DNA of 63,410 nt, filler included, from Collodictyon triciliatum (Eukaryota), in assembly GCA_043381765.1 (NCBI GenBank). It is 23 parts of 23 records of this genome, joined end to end, with 100 filler letters (N's around TTAATTAATTAA, not from the genome) between each part and the next. Parts side by side here need not be neighbours in the genome. Positions count along the whole stretch, not along the records: positions 39,476 to 42,187 come from JBHJMP010008408.1; positions 42,288 to 44,999 come from JBHJMP010008409.1; positions 45,100 to 47,810 come from JBHJMP010008410.1; positions 47,911 to 50,620 come from JBHJMP010008411.1; positions 50,721 to 53,433 come from JBHJMP010008412.1; 18 more parts are not named here. The stretch is one strand, 5' to 3'. Positions 41,159-53,043 of this stretch are shown here, in pieces; position 1 is the stretch's first letter; each line of letters starts with the position of its first letter. A program made the position numbers and the translations under genes. Below the pieces are notes generated by a model, which had not been told where the DNA came from, did no database searches, and was given only the letters and a program-made list of their open reading frames with translations.

Positions 41159-41699
41159 TCTAAGAAATAAAGTTATCTTTTTTAGTGTGTGCGCTGAAGG
41201 CTTTCGTTGATTTCGATCTCGTGAGACACCATGACACGAATCCAAAAATTTTGTTTCAGAAGCCTATTGTGATTAATAATAAAAATTTATCGTGACATTG
41301 AAGAACTTGCCTCGCCTTTTGAGGTATTGTTTTTAATATTTATCTTGAATTATTCGACTTGCCCCGAAGGTGCAACTCCAATTGATTATTATTGTAAAAT
41401 TTGATCGCTTGTACGCTAAATAGGTGAGAGAATTTCTTAAATTATACTTTTTTTTACAATAATTGACTTATCGCCCAGAATTTCTGTTTTTAAGTGTTTC
41501 AATACTATTTTGATACGAAGAAAGTAAATAAGCCTTACTGTTTCAGTCATTGCTGCATGAGGGAGCTTACAGTCGGTAGATTTTATATTCATTAACATGC
41601 GATAGATCACAATATACAATTATGGACAAATGTTTACAAACTAAAATGGTTATCTACGTCTGGTAATATCACTCCATTCATCATTCACGACGCAAAAGG

Positions 41700-42187
41700 T
41701 AATGCGATAGATGGGTAAGTACAGCTGCGCATAGTATAGAGTAAAAGCGATTAGAAGATACTTCCATGGAGAGGCTAGCACTGGAAAGAAATCAGTGATA
41801 GATTTGGTCAGGCGGCCGTCTCGACTGGTTGATCGGTTTTTTTCTGATTCTTATAAGTTTATTTGGAATGGTCGAGAAGAGCTTGATGGGGAATGGCTTG
41901 GTAGGACGCGTGCCGGGGAAGCTTTTGCGAAGGGGTGTGTGGGTGGCATGGGGGATTTTCCATGAAGGGAAGGCATGGAATAGAGGGGGGACAATCCTCT
42001 GGGGTGACTTTTTTTGGGGTCGAAGCTCGGCGTAGATATGGTATCTCATTCCTCTCTCACGGAAGTACTCTTCTGGTGACGTCATTTTCTTCGAAAGTTG
42101 TGGGGTGTGCTCCGTTGTCCGGCGAAGCACACCCCGGCTGCCCTGGATTGGGTATAACTGAGGGCACAGGAGGAGGGCTCAGGGAAT
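41700..42187 (-). mobile_element. Second copy of the SINE-like element (head cut off by contig end) carrying a LINE-B tail
   Basis: 41931-42187 aligns with 29498-29752. 41712-41835 aligns with 46880-47010 (PINQSRRPPDQ/ITDFFPVLASP plus 3' UTR). Confidence 0.88.
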
Positions 42188-42498
42188 NNNNNNNNNNNNN
42201 NNNNNNNNNNNNNNNNNNNNNNNNNNNNNNNTTAATTAATTAANNNNNNNNNNNNNNNNNNNNNNNNNNNNNNNNNNNNNNNNNNNNATACAAATACAAA
42301 TACAATACAAATACAAATACAATACAAATACAAATACAAATACAAATACAAATACAAATACAAATACAAATACAAATACAAATACAAATACAAATACAAA
42401 TACAAATACAAATACAAATACAAATACAAATACAATAAATTGATATAAAAAAAAACAAGGAAAAGTGAAATCCATTTCCCCTTTCGATTCCGTCGCAG

Positions 42499-43162
42499 GA
42501 TGCAATGGAGGTATCAAAGGAAAATTCTGCCACCGAATTTCGTAAGTATAGAAATGAATCTATCAGTCGAAACTGCAAGCATGTATCATCATTTTTTTTT
42601 ATTATATTTCTTGATATTTTTTACATTTATTGAAAATGCTTTCTTGTCGATTTAGCCCAGAACGAGACGGGAATGTACGAACTTTGTGCCATTCTAACAC
42701 ACATTGGGCGCAGTGCAGACAGCGGGCATTACGTGGCGTGGGTCAAGGACGATGAATCAAAAGGTTTCGATTTGTTGCGTTCAAGTCAGACTCAGTTTAG
42801 AAAACAAACATCATACAGTGGATGTGCGTTCCTGTCAATGATGTCGGTGTAAATGTAGTGCTATCGCGCTGACCACGATAAATGAACTAATTTCATAATA
42901 GCGGGTGACTGGCTGAAGTTCGACGATGAGAAAGTCTCGATTGTGCCCTCTGAAGAGATTCACAAGCTGCAAGGCGGAGGTGCGCGCGTTTCAAAAACAC
43001 ATATGAATTCTAAATCCATCGAATCGTCGTTTTTTTCTTCTTCTCTCTTTCCTTTTCTTCTCTTTTTCATATGCCATTCTTAACCATTATCTACACCGCT
43101 GAAACGAAACAGGTGATTGGCACATCGCATACATCTGCCTCTACAGAACGAAGAAAAATTAA
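42499..43162 (+). CDS. USP14: Proteasome-associated deubiquitinase USP14/Ubp6, last exons
   Basis: GMYELCAILTHIGRSADSGHYVAWVK, WLKFDDEKVSIV...IHKLQGGGDWHIAYICLY. Confidence 0.95.
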
Positions 43163-43595
43163 AACGAGACTCGATTCAATTCCAGATGCCGCTCCTCCTT
43201 TTTTTTTTTTCTCTCCCTCTCTCATTCTTTTAATTCGCAGAATATTTTCACTTTTTTTGCATTTTGGTTGGATACAAAACCGGCTACCAGTTTCATCATT
43301 TATGAATTTCCTCCTTTCCACTTTGCTCTCTTGGAACTAAGCAAATCCAAAACGAACTGAGAACTAACACATGAAAATTCTCACCCATCGATACCATCTA
43401 GCGTTAATGCCCCGCGACTGATAATTTATTAGGAAGACGCGGCCCTGTGGTGGAAAGCGCGAATTCATGTGCTTGTTTTCAGTGTGGACAGTCGGCCTCT
43501 TTCTCTTTCTTTCTCTTCGTCTCCTGTGCTGACGATTCTATGTTCCTCTTTGGTTTTTTTTGTTTGTTTGTTTTTGTCGTTGTTGTTTTGGCCGA

Positions 43596-44433
43596 TTAGC
43601 TGTCATCCACTTCGTAGTCGATTGAAAGCAGGAACGGACAACCGGCCAATGGCTCCAGAATCTGCGCCAGACTGCTCCGGTATGCTGCCACAAAGAACAC
43701 AGACCAGCCTTCAAACCTTCAGGATGTATTGATTGGTTAGTGGAAGCAAGCACACAGACACACATCACCGCCTCACTTCATAAGGACAAGTGATTTGTTG
43801 CAGTATAATTCCCTTTCTTTCTTTCTTTCTTTCTTTTTTTTTTTCAATCTCGTTTCAACATGTTGGAATCGATACTCGACACAGCTCTACAAAAGTTCAA
43901 AAGAGAAACCATTTGGAGAAAGCAGAGACGGATGGGTTGATGCACAGAATCCAGTCGTGCAATTGGTGGTAGCTTGACGAACGTAGCAAAAACATAAAAA
44001 ACAAGGGTTTGGTATTTGTCAGAGCCGGGCATTATAAGGCGATGAGCCTTCCGGTTGCGGTTTGGCCTTATGTTTTTGGTTTCGTGGAGCCGTCCAATGA
44101 TATCGGCTCGGAATATGTAGGTGATGAATCGTTACTTGAGTGCGTAGCAAATCAGGGAGCGTATTTTCATGTCGTTGTCTTTCCGCATCTTCTCGTACAC
44201 GTTCACAACACTGACGCCGCTGGCAATCGTCTGGAGGATCTGATTGTCCGAGCGAGAGACTGTTGCAGCGAAACCCGCCCATTGCAATTAAAACATACAA
44301 TCACCACAACTAAACGAAATATCACTCTGGTACTGAAAACACTTTGTATGAATGATAATGATGAAGGAACAATAAGTGATAAATGACGAATAGCATGTAA
44401 GTTCTTTCTTTATCTCTATCTCTATCATCATCA

Positions 44434-44497
<64 letters not shown>

Positions 44498-44780
44498 CTT
44501 ACAATCATCAGCATTTTTCTCGAAAAAGTCCCAAATGTGGTATCGCCCGAGGAGACGCTTCGTGATGAACCCGTGGTACAGAATGTTGATCAGAGCAGTG
44601 CAGAAGTTGCCTGTGATGTGTAAGTGTATACAGATACGTCTTTAAAAAAGCGCGTAATTAAGGCATGAAGCAGGTCAAGTCTGCATCCACGTGAGGCGTG
44701 CGCGAAGCCTGCGGAAATGGTATACCTCGGGTTATTTGGACAATCGTGTTGTTTCGCGTATCATCGCCCAACGCAATCAG
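43596..44780 (-). CDS. RUN-domain protein (SGSM3/RUTBC3-like C-terminus), last 5 exons
   Basis: Spliced product LGDDTRNNTIVQITRGNFCTALINILYHGF...HIWDFFE...DMKIRSLICYALNYHQLHDWI...KWFEGWS...LEPLAGCPFLLSIDYE*. Not captured by the ORF track. Confidence 0.85.
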
Positions 44781-44889
44781 CTGTGGCGTTCAAAGTGGCT
44801 TAGCATTTAGTTGAATATAGGGACTTCGAGTAATACTGTTATAATCGATATATCTTCATGGGCTGGTGATTGGACTCTTTATGCAGTAA

Positions 44890-44920
<31 letters not shown>

Positions 44921-44966
44921 ACAAAAAAAAAACAGAAACAAAAAAAAAAAAAAAAAAAAAAAAAAA

Positions 44967-44999
<33 letters not shown>

Positions 45000-45102
45000 N
45001 NNNNNNNNNNNNNNNNNNNNNNNNNNNNNNNNNNNNNNNNNNNTTAATTAATTAANNNNNNNNNNNNNNNNNNNNNNNNNNNNNNNNNNNNNNNNNNNNA
45101 GC

Positions 45103-46746
45103 GTGTCAACCAACTGTGCAGGAAAAATAACTTCAGAGGAGGAATCCATAATGACAGGTAAAGTACCACCCAGCCCAGCCCAAGCATCGGATGAAAATGC
45201 ACTCGTCGTACCCACACCCAATTCCACAATAATGCAATGCAAGGAAAATGACCCACAAACTATATTAAAAACTACTGGCAATATACAAGACATCATCGAA
45301 ACACAAATACCTATTGACAGCTGTGATAATCAATTCGATGGCAATCCTCAAATTGACAGACAATCGTCGTTTGATTATCCAAGCGGTCTTAGTGTCAAAG
45401 ATATTGATGAAGACGAAAGTATTTTGTGGTTCCTATTTAACATTTGGAGGCTCATCATCAAACGCTCCCTCCTTGCTGCCACTACAGCTACGATGATCAT
45501 GTGTATATTTTATCTCCCGGCTATTGCCTTTCCAAAGGAGATACTTGAGAACCATCTTGAGCCGATTCTCTATGTACATGTCCGTGAAGTAGTTGCCCGT
45601 TCTATTAACATGATTACATACCTACTGGTCCTCATTTCCGTATTCGGATATGAGAAAACAAAGTCAACGGCATATTTCTATTGGCCAGTTTTATTTGTGT
45701 TTTACCTACTTCAATACTTTGTTGAAGTTTTTATGCGGTACACTATTCCATTCCTAGGGACTTTGCTCATCCCTTTAATGATTTACTGTATGATTATTAG
45801 AATACATTTGGACAACAAAAAAATCATTCCAATCGACGAGTCGGTTTTGGTCAAGCAAGATTGTATCAAATTGGCTAAACTAATACTCGCGGGGATGATG
45901 GTCTTGATTTTTTTCCAGGCGGTTGTTCAATACTTTGCAAAATCTAGCTTCGCAAAAAAAATGTTTATTCGGTTTATCATTTTCCCAGTCGTCAGTATTG
46001 GGGTGAGTAACTACCAATTCCTGATTATAGGGAATCACTTGGCCTCTTATACCCAATTCATCAATATAATTGCCTTCTCGCGCTATCATTTGCAATACAC
46101 AAGTCGTTCAATGATTACAAGCATCAGTAATGACCCATTCTCTTACGAATTTTTGCTTTTTTGTGTTGTGGCTTCTTGTGCAAAGTGTGTAAATCGGATC
46201 ACTATTAAACAACAAAATTACATCTCAATTATGGCGACTAGTTGGATGAAAAGGAGTGTCCGGATGGTACAGTTAGCGTCTATCTACATGGCAGAATCTA
46301 CCACACCAAACGAATTGGAACCAGACTCACTTGATGACCAGTTCATTTCAAATATTTCAAATCACAAAAAATCTGATGCAGAGAGGAGGCAGCATTTTGA
46401 TGAAGTGTTCCGTCAAATTCGTGCCGTTCATATTGTCGAGGGGGTCAGCGTCAGCATACAGACAATCATCACCACTCCTTTGCTATTTTATCTCTTAAAT
46501 AGGCTCTTTGTAGACAAAGGCCTGAATCTGATTACTTCTTTCACAGATTGTGCCGTCCAAGTAAGCGCCCAGCTCTTTTTGGAGTTTGTAACCAACACCT
46601 TTTTGTTTATATTTGAGAGTCGCTGTCTTTGCATCCCAATCAAAAGTGTTTTAGAAATAGAGAGTAGAACTTCATTCTATCTCCAGTTTCTTTTCATCAT
46701 GGGCCCGATACTTTATATCCATTTCATACTCCTCACATATTATTAA
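45103..46746 (+). CDS. Intronless multi-pass membrane protein (about 11 predicted TM helices), function unknown
   Basis: 547-codon ORF with a hydrophilic N-terminus followed by repeated ~20-aa hydrophobic segments. Confidence 0.8.
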   Translation: MSTNCAGKITSEEESIMTGKVPPSPAQASDENALVVPTPNSTIMQCKENDPQTILKTTGNIQDIIETQIPIDSCDNQFDGNPQIDRQSSFDYPSGLSVKDIDEDESILWFLFNIWRLIIKRSLLAATTATMIMCIFYLPAIAFPKEILENHLEPILYVHVREVVARSINMITYLLVLISVFGYEKTKSTAYFYWPVLFVFYLLQYFVEVFMRYTIPFLGTLLIPLMIYCMIIRIHLDNKKIIPIDESVLVKQDCIKLAKLILAGMMVLIFFQAVVQYFAKSSFAKKMFIRFIIFPVVSIGVSNYQFLIIGNHLASYTQFINIIAFSRYHLQYTSRSMITSISNDPFSYEFLLFCVVASCAKCVNRITIKQQNYISIMATSWMKRSVRMVQLASIYMAESTTPNELEPDSLDDQFISNISNHKKSDAERRQHFDEVFRQIRAVHIVEGVSVSIQTIITTPLLFYLLNRLFVDKGLNLITSFTDCAVQVSAQLFLEFVTNTFLFIFESRCLCIPIKSVLEIESRTSFYLQFLFIMGPILYIHFILLTYY

Positions 46747-46835
46747 AGAAAAAGTCAAGGGAACGAAACTAAGCTAATCAAGTAATCGTTTTATTTAAAA
46801 TGGGGTTATCTTAAAAGAAAATAATTAATTACATG

Positions 46836-47810
46836 TTTTTTCTTTTTATTCAATTATAAGTGTAGCGAGGTTATGCCAAAGGGGCAAGATAGGTGCGCAT
46901 GGTAGAGAGCAAACGCGAGTAGGAGAAGACACTACCGTGGAGAGGGTAGAACTGGAAAGAAATCAGTGATAGCGAGTTGGTCAGGTGGACGTCCCAACTG
47001 GTTGATTGGCTGCGTGGGTAGCATGGGTTGGATATGTTGTGGGAGATATCGCACGGCACATTCCCACATCTCTCTTCGCTTGCGGTCAGAGCAGCGAAGA
47101 ATGCGAGCGTGTTTCAGCAGACTGTTCAGGAAGCTGTATTGCACGAGGCTTTCCAGCCTGGATGCATTGATTTTTCGTTCGGATGACTCATTGGAGCGAG
47201 AGAATGCACGCACACTCCATAAGGAAAACAGCATATGTCCCCTTGTGACTGTCCAGAGTATTCTAGAGTCGTGGGTCATTTTGTGTTGTAGGCCAAACAG
47301 TATGTCAGAGGTGCTGAGTTGGTTGGGAGCATAATCAAGCTCAGATAGCATCTTGTGGGTAGATTCTGTGACTTTTTGAGAAAGGGAGCACTTCACAAAT
47401 GTGTGTTCGATAGAGTCATCTCCACTATGGCACATGGTGCGTTCTGGAGAGTTCGTTGCTGCATGGACTGCACGCGCACCTATCCAAAGCTCTCTGTTGG
47501 AGATATTGAGAAGTAGGGCGCGGTGTTTCGGGAGTAGCTGAGGTATACGGGCTTGCTTCCAGCTTTTGACTATTAGCGGGTCTATAATGCCTATAGTTTC
47601 GGCCCAACGACTCATTTTCTCCGGTTTCTAGGGATTCGGGCTGATGATTTTATATCGAAACAGCTTGGAGTACGCCATGGCCATCGAGAATTGCGGAGGG
47701 TCAGGTGTAATGGACCGCCTTTGGTTCTTCAGGCGAAAGAAAAATGGCGACGGTGCTCCGTATGAGATGGGACGTCGTGAGCGCCATTCTCCTTTGTTGT
47801 TCAGGACGGC
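46836..47810 (-). mobile_element. L1/Tx1-like LINE (family B), 3' part of ORF2 with zf-RVT region, 3' UTR and A-rich end; defective copy
   Basis: W..ARIPQLLPKHRALLLNISNREL...RTMCHSGDDSIEHTFVKC (CCHC finger with the first Cys lost) and LFSLWSVR. One in-frame TAG at 47628-47630; the frame is otherwise open to the contig end. Confidence 0.88.
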
Positions 47811-47910
47811 NNNNNNNNNNNNNNNNNNNNNNNNNNNNNNNNNNNNNNNNNNNNTTAATTAATTAANNNNNNNNNNNNNNNNNNNNNNNNNNNNNNNNNN
47901 NNNNNNNNNN

Positions 47911-48005
47911 TTTTTTGCTTAATTCAATTCAAAGTGCAGCGAGGATGTGCCATACAAAGGGGCAAGATAGGTGCGCATGGTAGAGAGCAGACGCGAGTAG
48001 GAGAG
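47911..48005 (-). mobile_element. 5'-truncated family-B LINE 3' UTR copy
   Basis: aaaggggcaagataggtgcgcatggtagagagca..cgcgagtaggaga is nearly identical to 46878-46926 and is followed by an A tail. Confidence 0.85.
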
Positions 48006-48114
48006 GGAAGAAACATGCACAATAAAAGAAAACAATGTAATCCAAGAATAAAGAGTGGCTGGGGTCGATTAAAAAAAACCTAGGCGTTTAGGAAACGAGG
48101 CCAGTTTGGACAGA

Positions 48115-50479
48115 ATGCAGGGCGAGTCCTCGACAGTGGAAGACTGGAATGACGCAGGTCTTAAGTACCGAGCAGCAGCATCGATCTGCAATGGTATCCA
48201 TTTTGTTAGTAGAGGAGGGCCTTTGGTACTCCCGACTTTTTTTTCTTGATCGCTTCCTCTTTTCTACCATTTTCTTTTTTTTTCCTTTCGTTTTTTCATT
48301 AAATTAATGTTTACTTTTCGTCCAACTCTTCCTATGTCTCTATTATGTTGTCTTCATTATCGCTCCTTTGTCCCAAACTCGCTTCCAAAAAAAACTAAAG
48401 CCTTTTGCTTTTCTGATTTTCTTTATCTCTTCACATTATTCAAGAACATATTTTCGTAACATTCCAAGAAGAAATCTTTCATTTCAATCGGCATTTAATC
48501 ACACGCTTTTAAGAGTATTTAATATTATCTAACACTGCCGTATTATGACTTCTTATAGTCATAATTCATTCAAATAATTTTGATTATTAATGAGTTATTG
48601 CCCGTTTGAATGCCCCATAATATTATATCTTCGTTATTGAAATAAAAAGTTTAAAATAAACCAACTCAAATTGACTAAATTCCTTGTTAGAGGTGATGAG
48701 GCAGCTCTTGCCCCAGATGGAAAAAGGAGCAAACCTCCACGATTTATGCACATGGACAAACAACTGTATTGAAACACTGGCTTCGAAGGTCTACACCAAA
48801 CACAAGCTGCCTAAAGGAATCTCTTATCCTACTAGTATATCCAAAAACAACTGCATAGGTGGCTTTGCCCCTCTCCAATCAAGCACCGTAACCTTGGAGG
48901 AGGGCGACTTTGTTAAGGTGTACGTTTTAATTTTACAGTCCCTTTTTTCATTCTCATGTCTTTAATTGGTCAATTACTTAAATATACAATTCAGTAATAT
49001 TTAGTTATTTTAGCTTCGTCTGTAACATTTTTGTGTTGAAATTCGTATTTAAGGATATTTGTGATCATTTAAAATTACGAAATGCTTATCTTTGTTAGTC
49101 ATCCACATGACATGATATCCATAGCCATGACCTTGGTTTAGTGGCTATGGTATTGCTTATCTCACTATCTTAAAATAGAAGAACTATGAGTAGTAACTTA
49201 ATTTTCTCTTTTCTTCAAAATCCCATATATACTGGTTATGCGCAGCGATATTGGCTGTCATATTGATGGCTACTGTGCGGAATTAGCCATCACCCATGTA
49301 ATTCCTATCGAAGAAGATGAAGGGAAAACCTGCAAATTGGGCGACTTCGCATATATTACCGGTCTTGTTGCTGATGGGTCATGTAGACTATTTCAAAATG
49401 GTAAAAATGAAAAGGATATCTCTGATTTCATACAAAAGGCGTCGAGCAGCTTTGGATATGCTGTTGTAGAAGAGAGTCATTCATACCAATTAACACGATT
49501 CATGACATCCGGTGGAAAAAAAGTACCTTCACATCCTCAAGAAGGTAAAGCAGCTGTTTTAGTGACACTTTCCCATCCTGAAGTATATGCCGTTAATATA
49601 TTGATGAGCACAGGAAAGGGTAAGGTAAGAACTTTCGTCTTTCGAATTACGCAATCATCAAAAATTTAAAAGAAAACAATTTAACTCCTGAAGAGATAAA
49701 TACTTTGATCTTTCTTTTTCCTCTTTCTTTTTCCTCTTTCTTTTTCCTCTTTCTTTTTCCTCTTTCTTTTTCCTCTTTCTTTTTCCTCTTTCTTTTTCCT
49801 CTTTCTTTTCCTCTTTCTTTTCCTCTTTCTTTTCCTCTTTTATGTTTGAAAAGGGATGGATATCGAATCAAGTTTCTGTCCGTAATTTAACACTAATGAT
49901 TCGACTGAGTGATCATGTATTGAGTTTAAAGAAATTTCAATATTGACATGAACTAATAATAGATTTTTGAGTCTGATGAATCAGCCACGGTTTTTAGAAG
50001 ATCGGGAGATACCAAACACCCTTTAAAAACTAAGGCCGGTAGATATGTTTTGAACGAAATAAATTCAAAAACACATGGTTTTCCCTTCCATATTTCGTAA
50101 GTATTTATCGTTTTATATGTTCATACTCTATACTCTTTATCCATCTTGATTTTAGGCTCAACTGAGCTAGTCTATCATATGTATATCAATACAACCCCAT
50201 CAAGTTGATTTTTATGTTTATTTTTTACCTTTTCACACTCCTTACATCAAAATGCTCCTTACGCAGCCAAAGAGAAATCCTAGAGTTATAATATGTTTAT
50301 TTATTTAAAAAAAAAAACGTGTGCAATGAAACCGAATCATATAATTTGGTATTGTTGTTTTATTTTACGTGATCAACTTGTTAGAACAATTGGTGCAGAC
50401 TCTCGAGTTACCTATGGGATGACAGAGCTGCTTCGAAACAAAATGGTTCAATCGTATCCCGTTAAGTATGAGGCCCAAG
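48115..50479 (+). CDS. PA2G4: PA2G4/EBP1-like M24 peptidase-fold protein (3' truncated)
   Basis: KYRAAASICN, KGISYPTSISKNNCIGGFAPL, LEEGDFVK-DIGCHIDGY, SHSYQL, EVYAVNILMSTGKGK, HGFPFH and YPVKYE. Confidence 0.85.
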
Positions 50480-52039
50480 GTTATTAATTTTTTGTTTTCT
50501 ATCTTGTACTAGGGTGTTTTCTCTTTTCTTTTTCTTTTTTCTTTTTTCTTTTTTCTTTTTTCTTTTTTCTTTTTTCTTTTTTCTTTTTTCTTTTTTCTTT
50601 TTTCTTTTTTCTTTTTTCTTNNNNNNNNNNNNNNNNNNNNNNNNNNNNNNNNNNNNNNNNNNNNTTAATTAATTAANNNNNNNNNNNNNNNNNNNNNNNN
50701 NNNNNNNNNNNNNNNNNNNNATATCAAGAGTCATGCATATATGAAGACACCCAGTCGTTACTTTTTCCCTCGCTGCTTCGTGCGTGCGCGATGCTTGGTG
50801 AGAAGTACCACTTCTAGAATCTGCCGAGACGAGACCGACCAACGATTAAAAAAAAGAAATCTACAAGCGACCTGCGGATGGGGCACAAACCCTTCATAAC
50901 CCATTTACTGAAAAAAAAATTAGCCGTTATGCCATATCTCCCGATTCCGGTGTATAACAAACCCCTCAATGAAGCCAACCAGTCACATGTAACATCCTCT
51001 CATCTTCAATTCATTCATGCAGGCTATCCTTGCCGAGATAAGATGGGTAGGCGCGGCGTTGGAGGTTCATTGGATGGCTCCGGCGCTCCATGCATCATAT
51101 ATGTCTCATCATGGGATGACTGAGGCTTGTAACGCTCCACAATTGGAACTCGTCCTTGCTGAGAACTGAACCACTAATGAGAGTCACTACGTAAACCGAT
51201 GAGGTTTTTCCCACGGTTATACGTAGTGCCGTATCCCGACTCGGTGGGGGCGGCTTCGTGGCTTCAGCACGTCTCCTGACAGTAGAACCTAATGTGGGAT
51301 ACAACGCACCCAACAGGCATGCCCTCATATGCATACTCTGCCCTCAAATTTCTTGTCCGCACCTTTCATTCGCTCTCTTTGTGGAATATTTCCTATTTTG
51401 GCATTCCTCTTTATAATAAACCAACAATAAACGAATCAAGAATTAATATAATCACATTTTGTCTCTCTCATTTCACACACGATAAGGCAAATATCCACAT
51501 CGAATTCATATATGTGGAAAATAGAACATTTCTTTCCTTTATTTCATCATCAGATGCATTCCATAATCAATTTTTTTCACATCAATAGTGAATCATCAAT
51601 CATTCACTTCGAATCGATGCATCGAAACCAATCTGACCCGAATCCCTTTTCCAACCCTCATCCAGGCACTGCTACCAGGCAACCCTTGCTGGACCCACGG
51701 ACAAAGTGCCCCTCATTCGGGCAACGCCTTCGTACATTAAGTGCCGGGATAAGGCTGTATGCAAACTTCGGTAACTCTAAGCCTGGGTGATCAGGGTTAT
51801 CCGTTTATTCAAGTTTCGTACCCTTTCTTTCCGTCCTTATTAAAGGCGGGCGGCTTCGGCAACCGCTCGCTTAGCATGCGCGACACAATTTTTTTGCCGC
51901 AGCCGGTCGGTCGCCAAGCAGTATCGAGTCTCGTGTCGAGTCGACCTGCTACTGTCGTCTGTAACACCCAACTACTCCACAAGCAACGCAACGTGGACCC
52001 ACGAGCACACCTGCACACGTACACACATGAGGGCCGATA

Positions 52040-53043
52040 ACCGCAAAGGATCTGCACTATGCAGAACGTCGACGAAGTCTGCTTCACACAAGACCCACAG
52101 AGGCTGTGCGTTATGCCGGACTGCGAAGAAGTCTGCTTCACACAAGACCCGCAAAGGCTCTCCACTATGCCGGACTGCGACGGAGTCTGCTCCACACACA
52201 ACCCGCAAAGGCTCTCCACTATGCCGAACGTCGACGAAGTCTGCTTCGCACAAGACCCGCAAAGGCTCTCCACTACGCCGAACGTCGACGCATTCTGCTT
52301 CACACAAGACCCGCAAAGGCTCTCCACTATGCCGAACGTCGACGAAGTCTGCTTCACACAAGACCCACAAAGGCTGTGCGTTATGCCGGGATACGACGCA
52401 GTCTGCTTCACACAAGACCCGCAAAGGCTCTCCACTATGCCGGAATACGACGCAGTCTGCCCCACACACGCAAGACCCACGAAGGCCCTCCACTATGCCG
52501 GACTGCAACGCAGTCTGTTTCACACAAGACCCGCAAAGGCTCTCCACTATGCCGAACGTCGACGAAATCTGCTTCACACAAGACCCGCAAAGGATCTCCG
52601 CTATGCCGAACGTCGACGCAGTCTGCTCCACACAAGACCCGCAAAGGATCTCCGCTATGCTGAACGTCGACGAAGTCTGCTCCACACAAGACCCGCAAAG
52701 GCTGCACTATGCCGAACGTCGACACAGTCTGCTTCACACACAACCCTCGAAGGCTCTGCACTATGCCGGAATACGACGCAGTCTGCTTCACACAAGACCC
52801 GCAAAGGCTCTCCACTATGCCGGAATACGACGCAGTCTGCTTCATACAAGACCCACAAAGGCTCTCCACTATGCCGGTATATGACGACGAAGTCTGCTTC
52901 ACACAAGACCCGCAAAAGCTCTCCACTATGCCGGAATACGACGCAGTCTGCTTCACACAAGACCCGCAAAGGCTCTCCACTATGCCGAACGCCGATAAGT
53001 CTGCTTCACACACATGCAAGATTCTGTACTATGCCGGAATACC
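52040..53043. repeat. CpG-rich 54-bp minisatellite, about 18 units, with degenerate units at 53255-53433
   Basis: Unit CCGCAAAGGCTCTCCACTATGCCGAACGTCGACGAAGTCTGCTTCACACAAGAC. Indels of +4 and -2 break the reading frame. Confidence 0.95.

Noticed and set aside
44781-44880. Two in-frame TGA codons upstream of the RUN exon, suggesting TGA=Trp
   Set aside because: A CAG acceptor at 44781 places them in the intron, and conserved genes use TGG for Trp and standard stops.
48192-48201. U12-type donor (GTATCCAT) in PA2G4 intron 1
   Set aside because: It deviates from RTATCCTT and no clear TCCTTAAC branch site lies near the acceptor.
51305-51330. 5.8S rRNA 3'-end-like GGGCATGCCTGTT on the minus strand
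   Set aside because: The upstream sequence does not resemble 5.8S and no 18S or 28S sequence is nearby.
52040-53043. CRISPR array, tandem hammerhead ribozymes or repeat protein
   Set aside because: There are no unique spacers. TCGACGA-GTCT..AGAC resembles a hammerhead core but lacks CUGANGA and GAAA. Frameshifting indels break the long ORFs.
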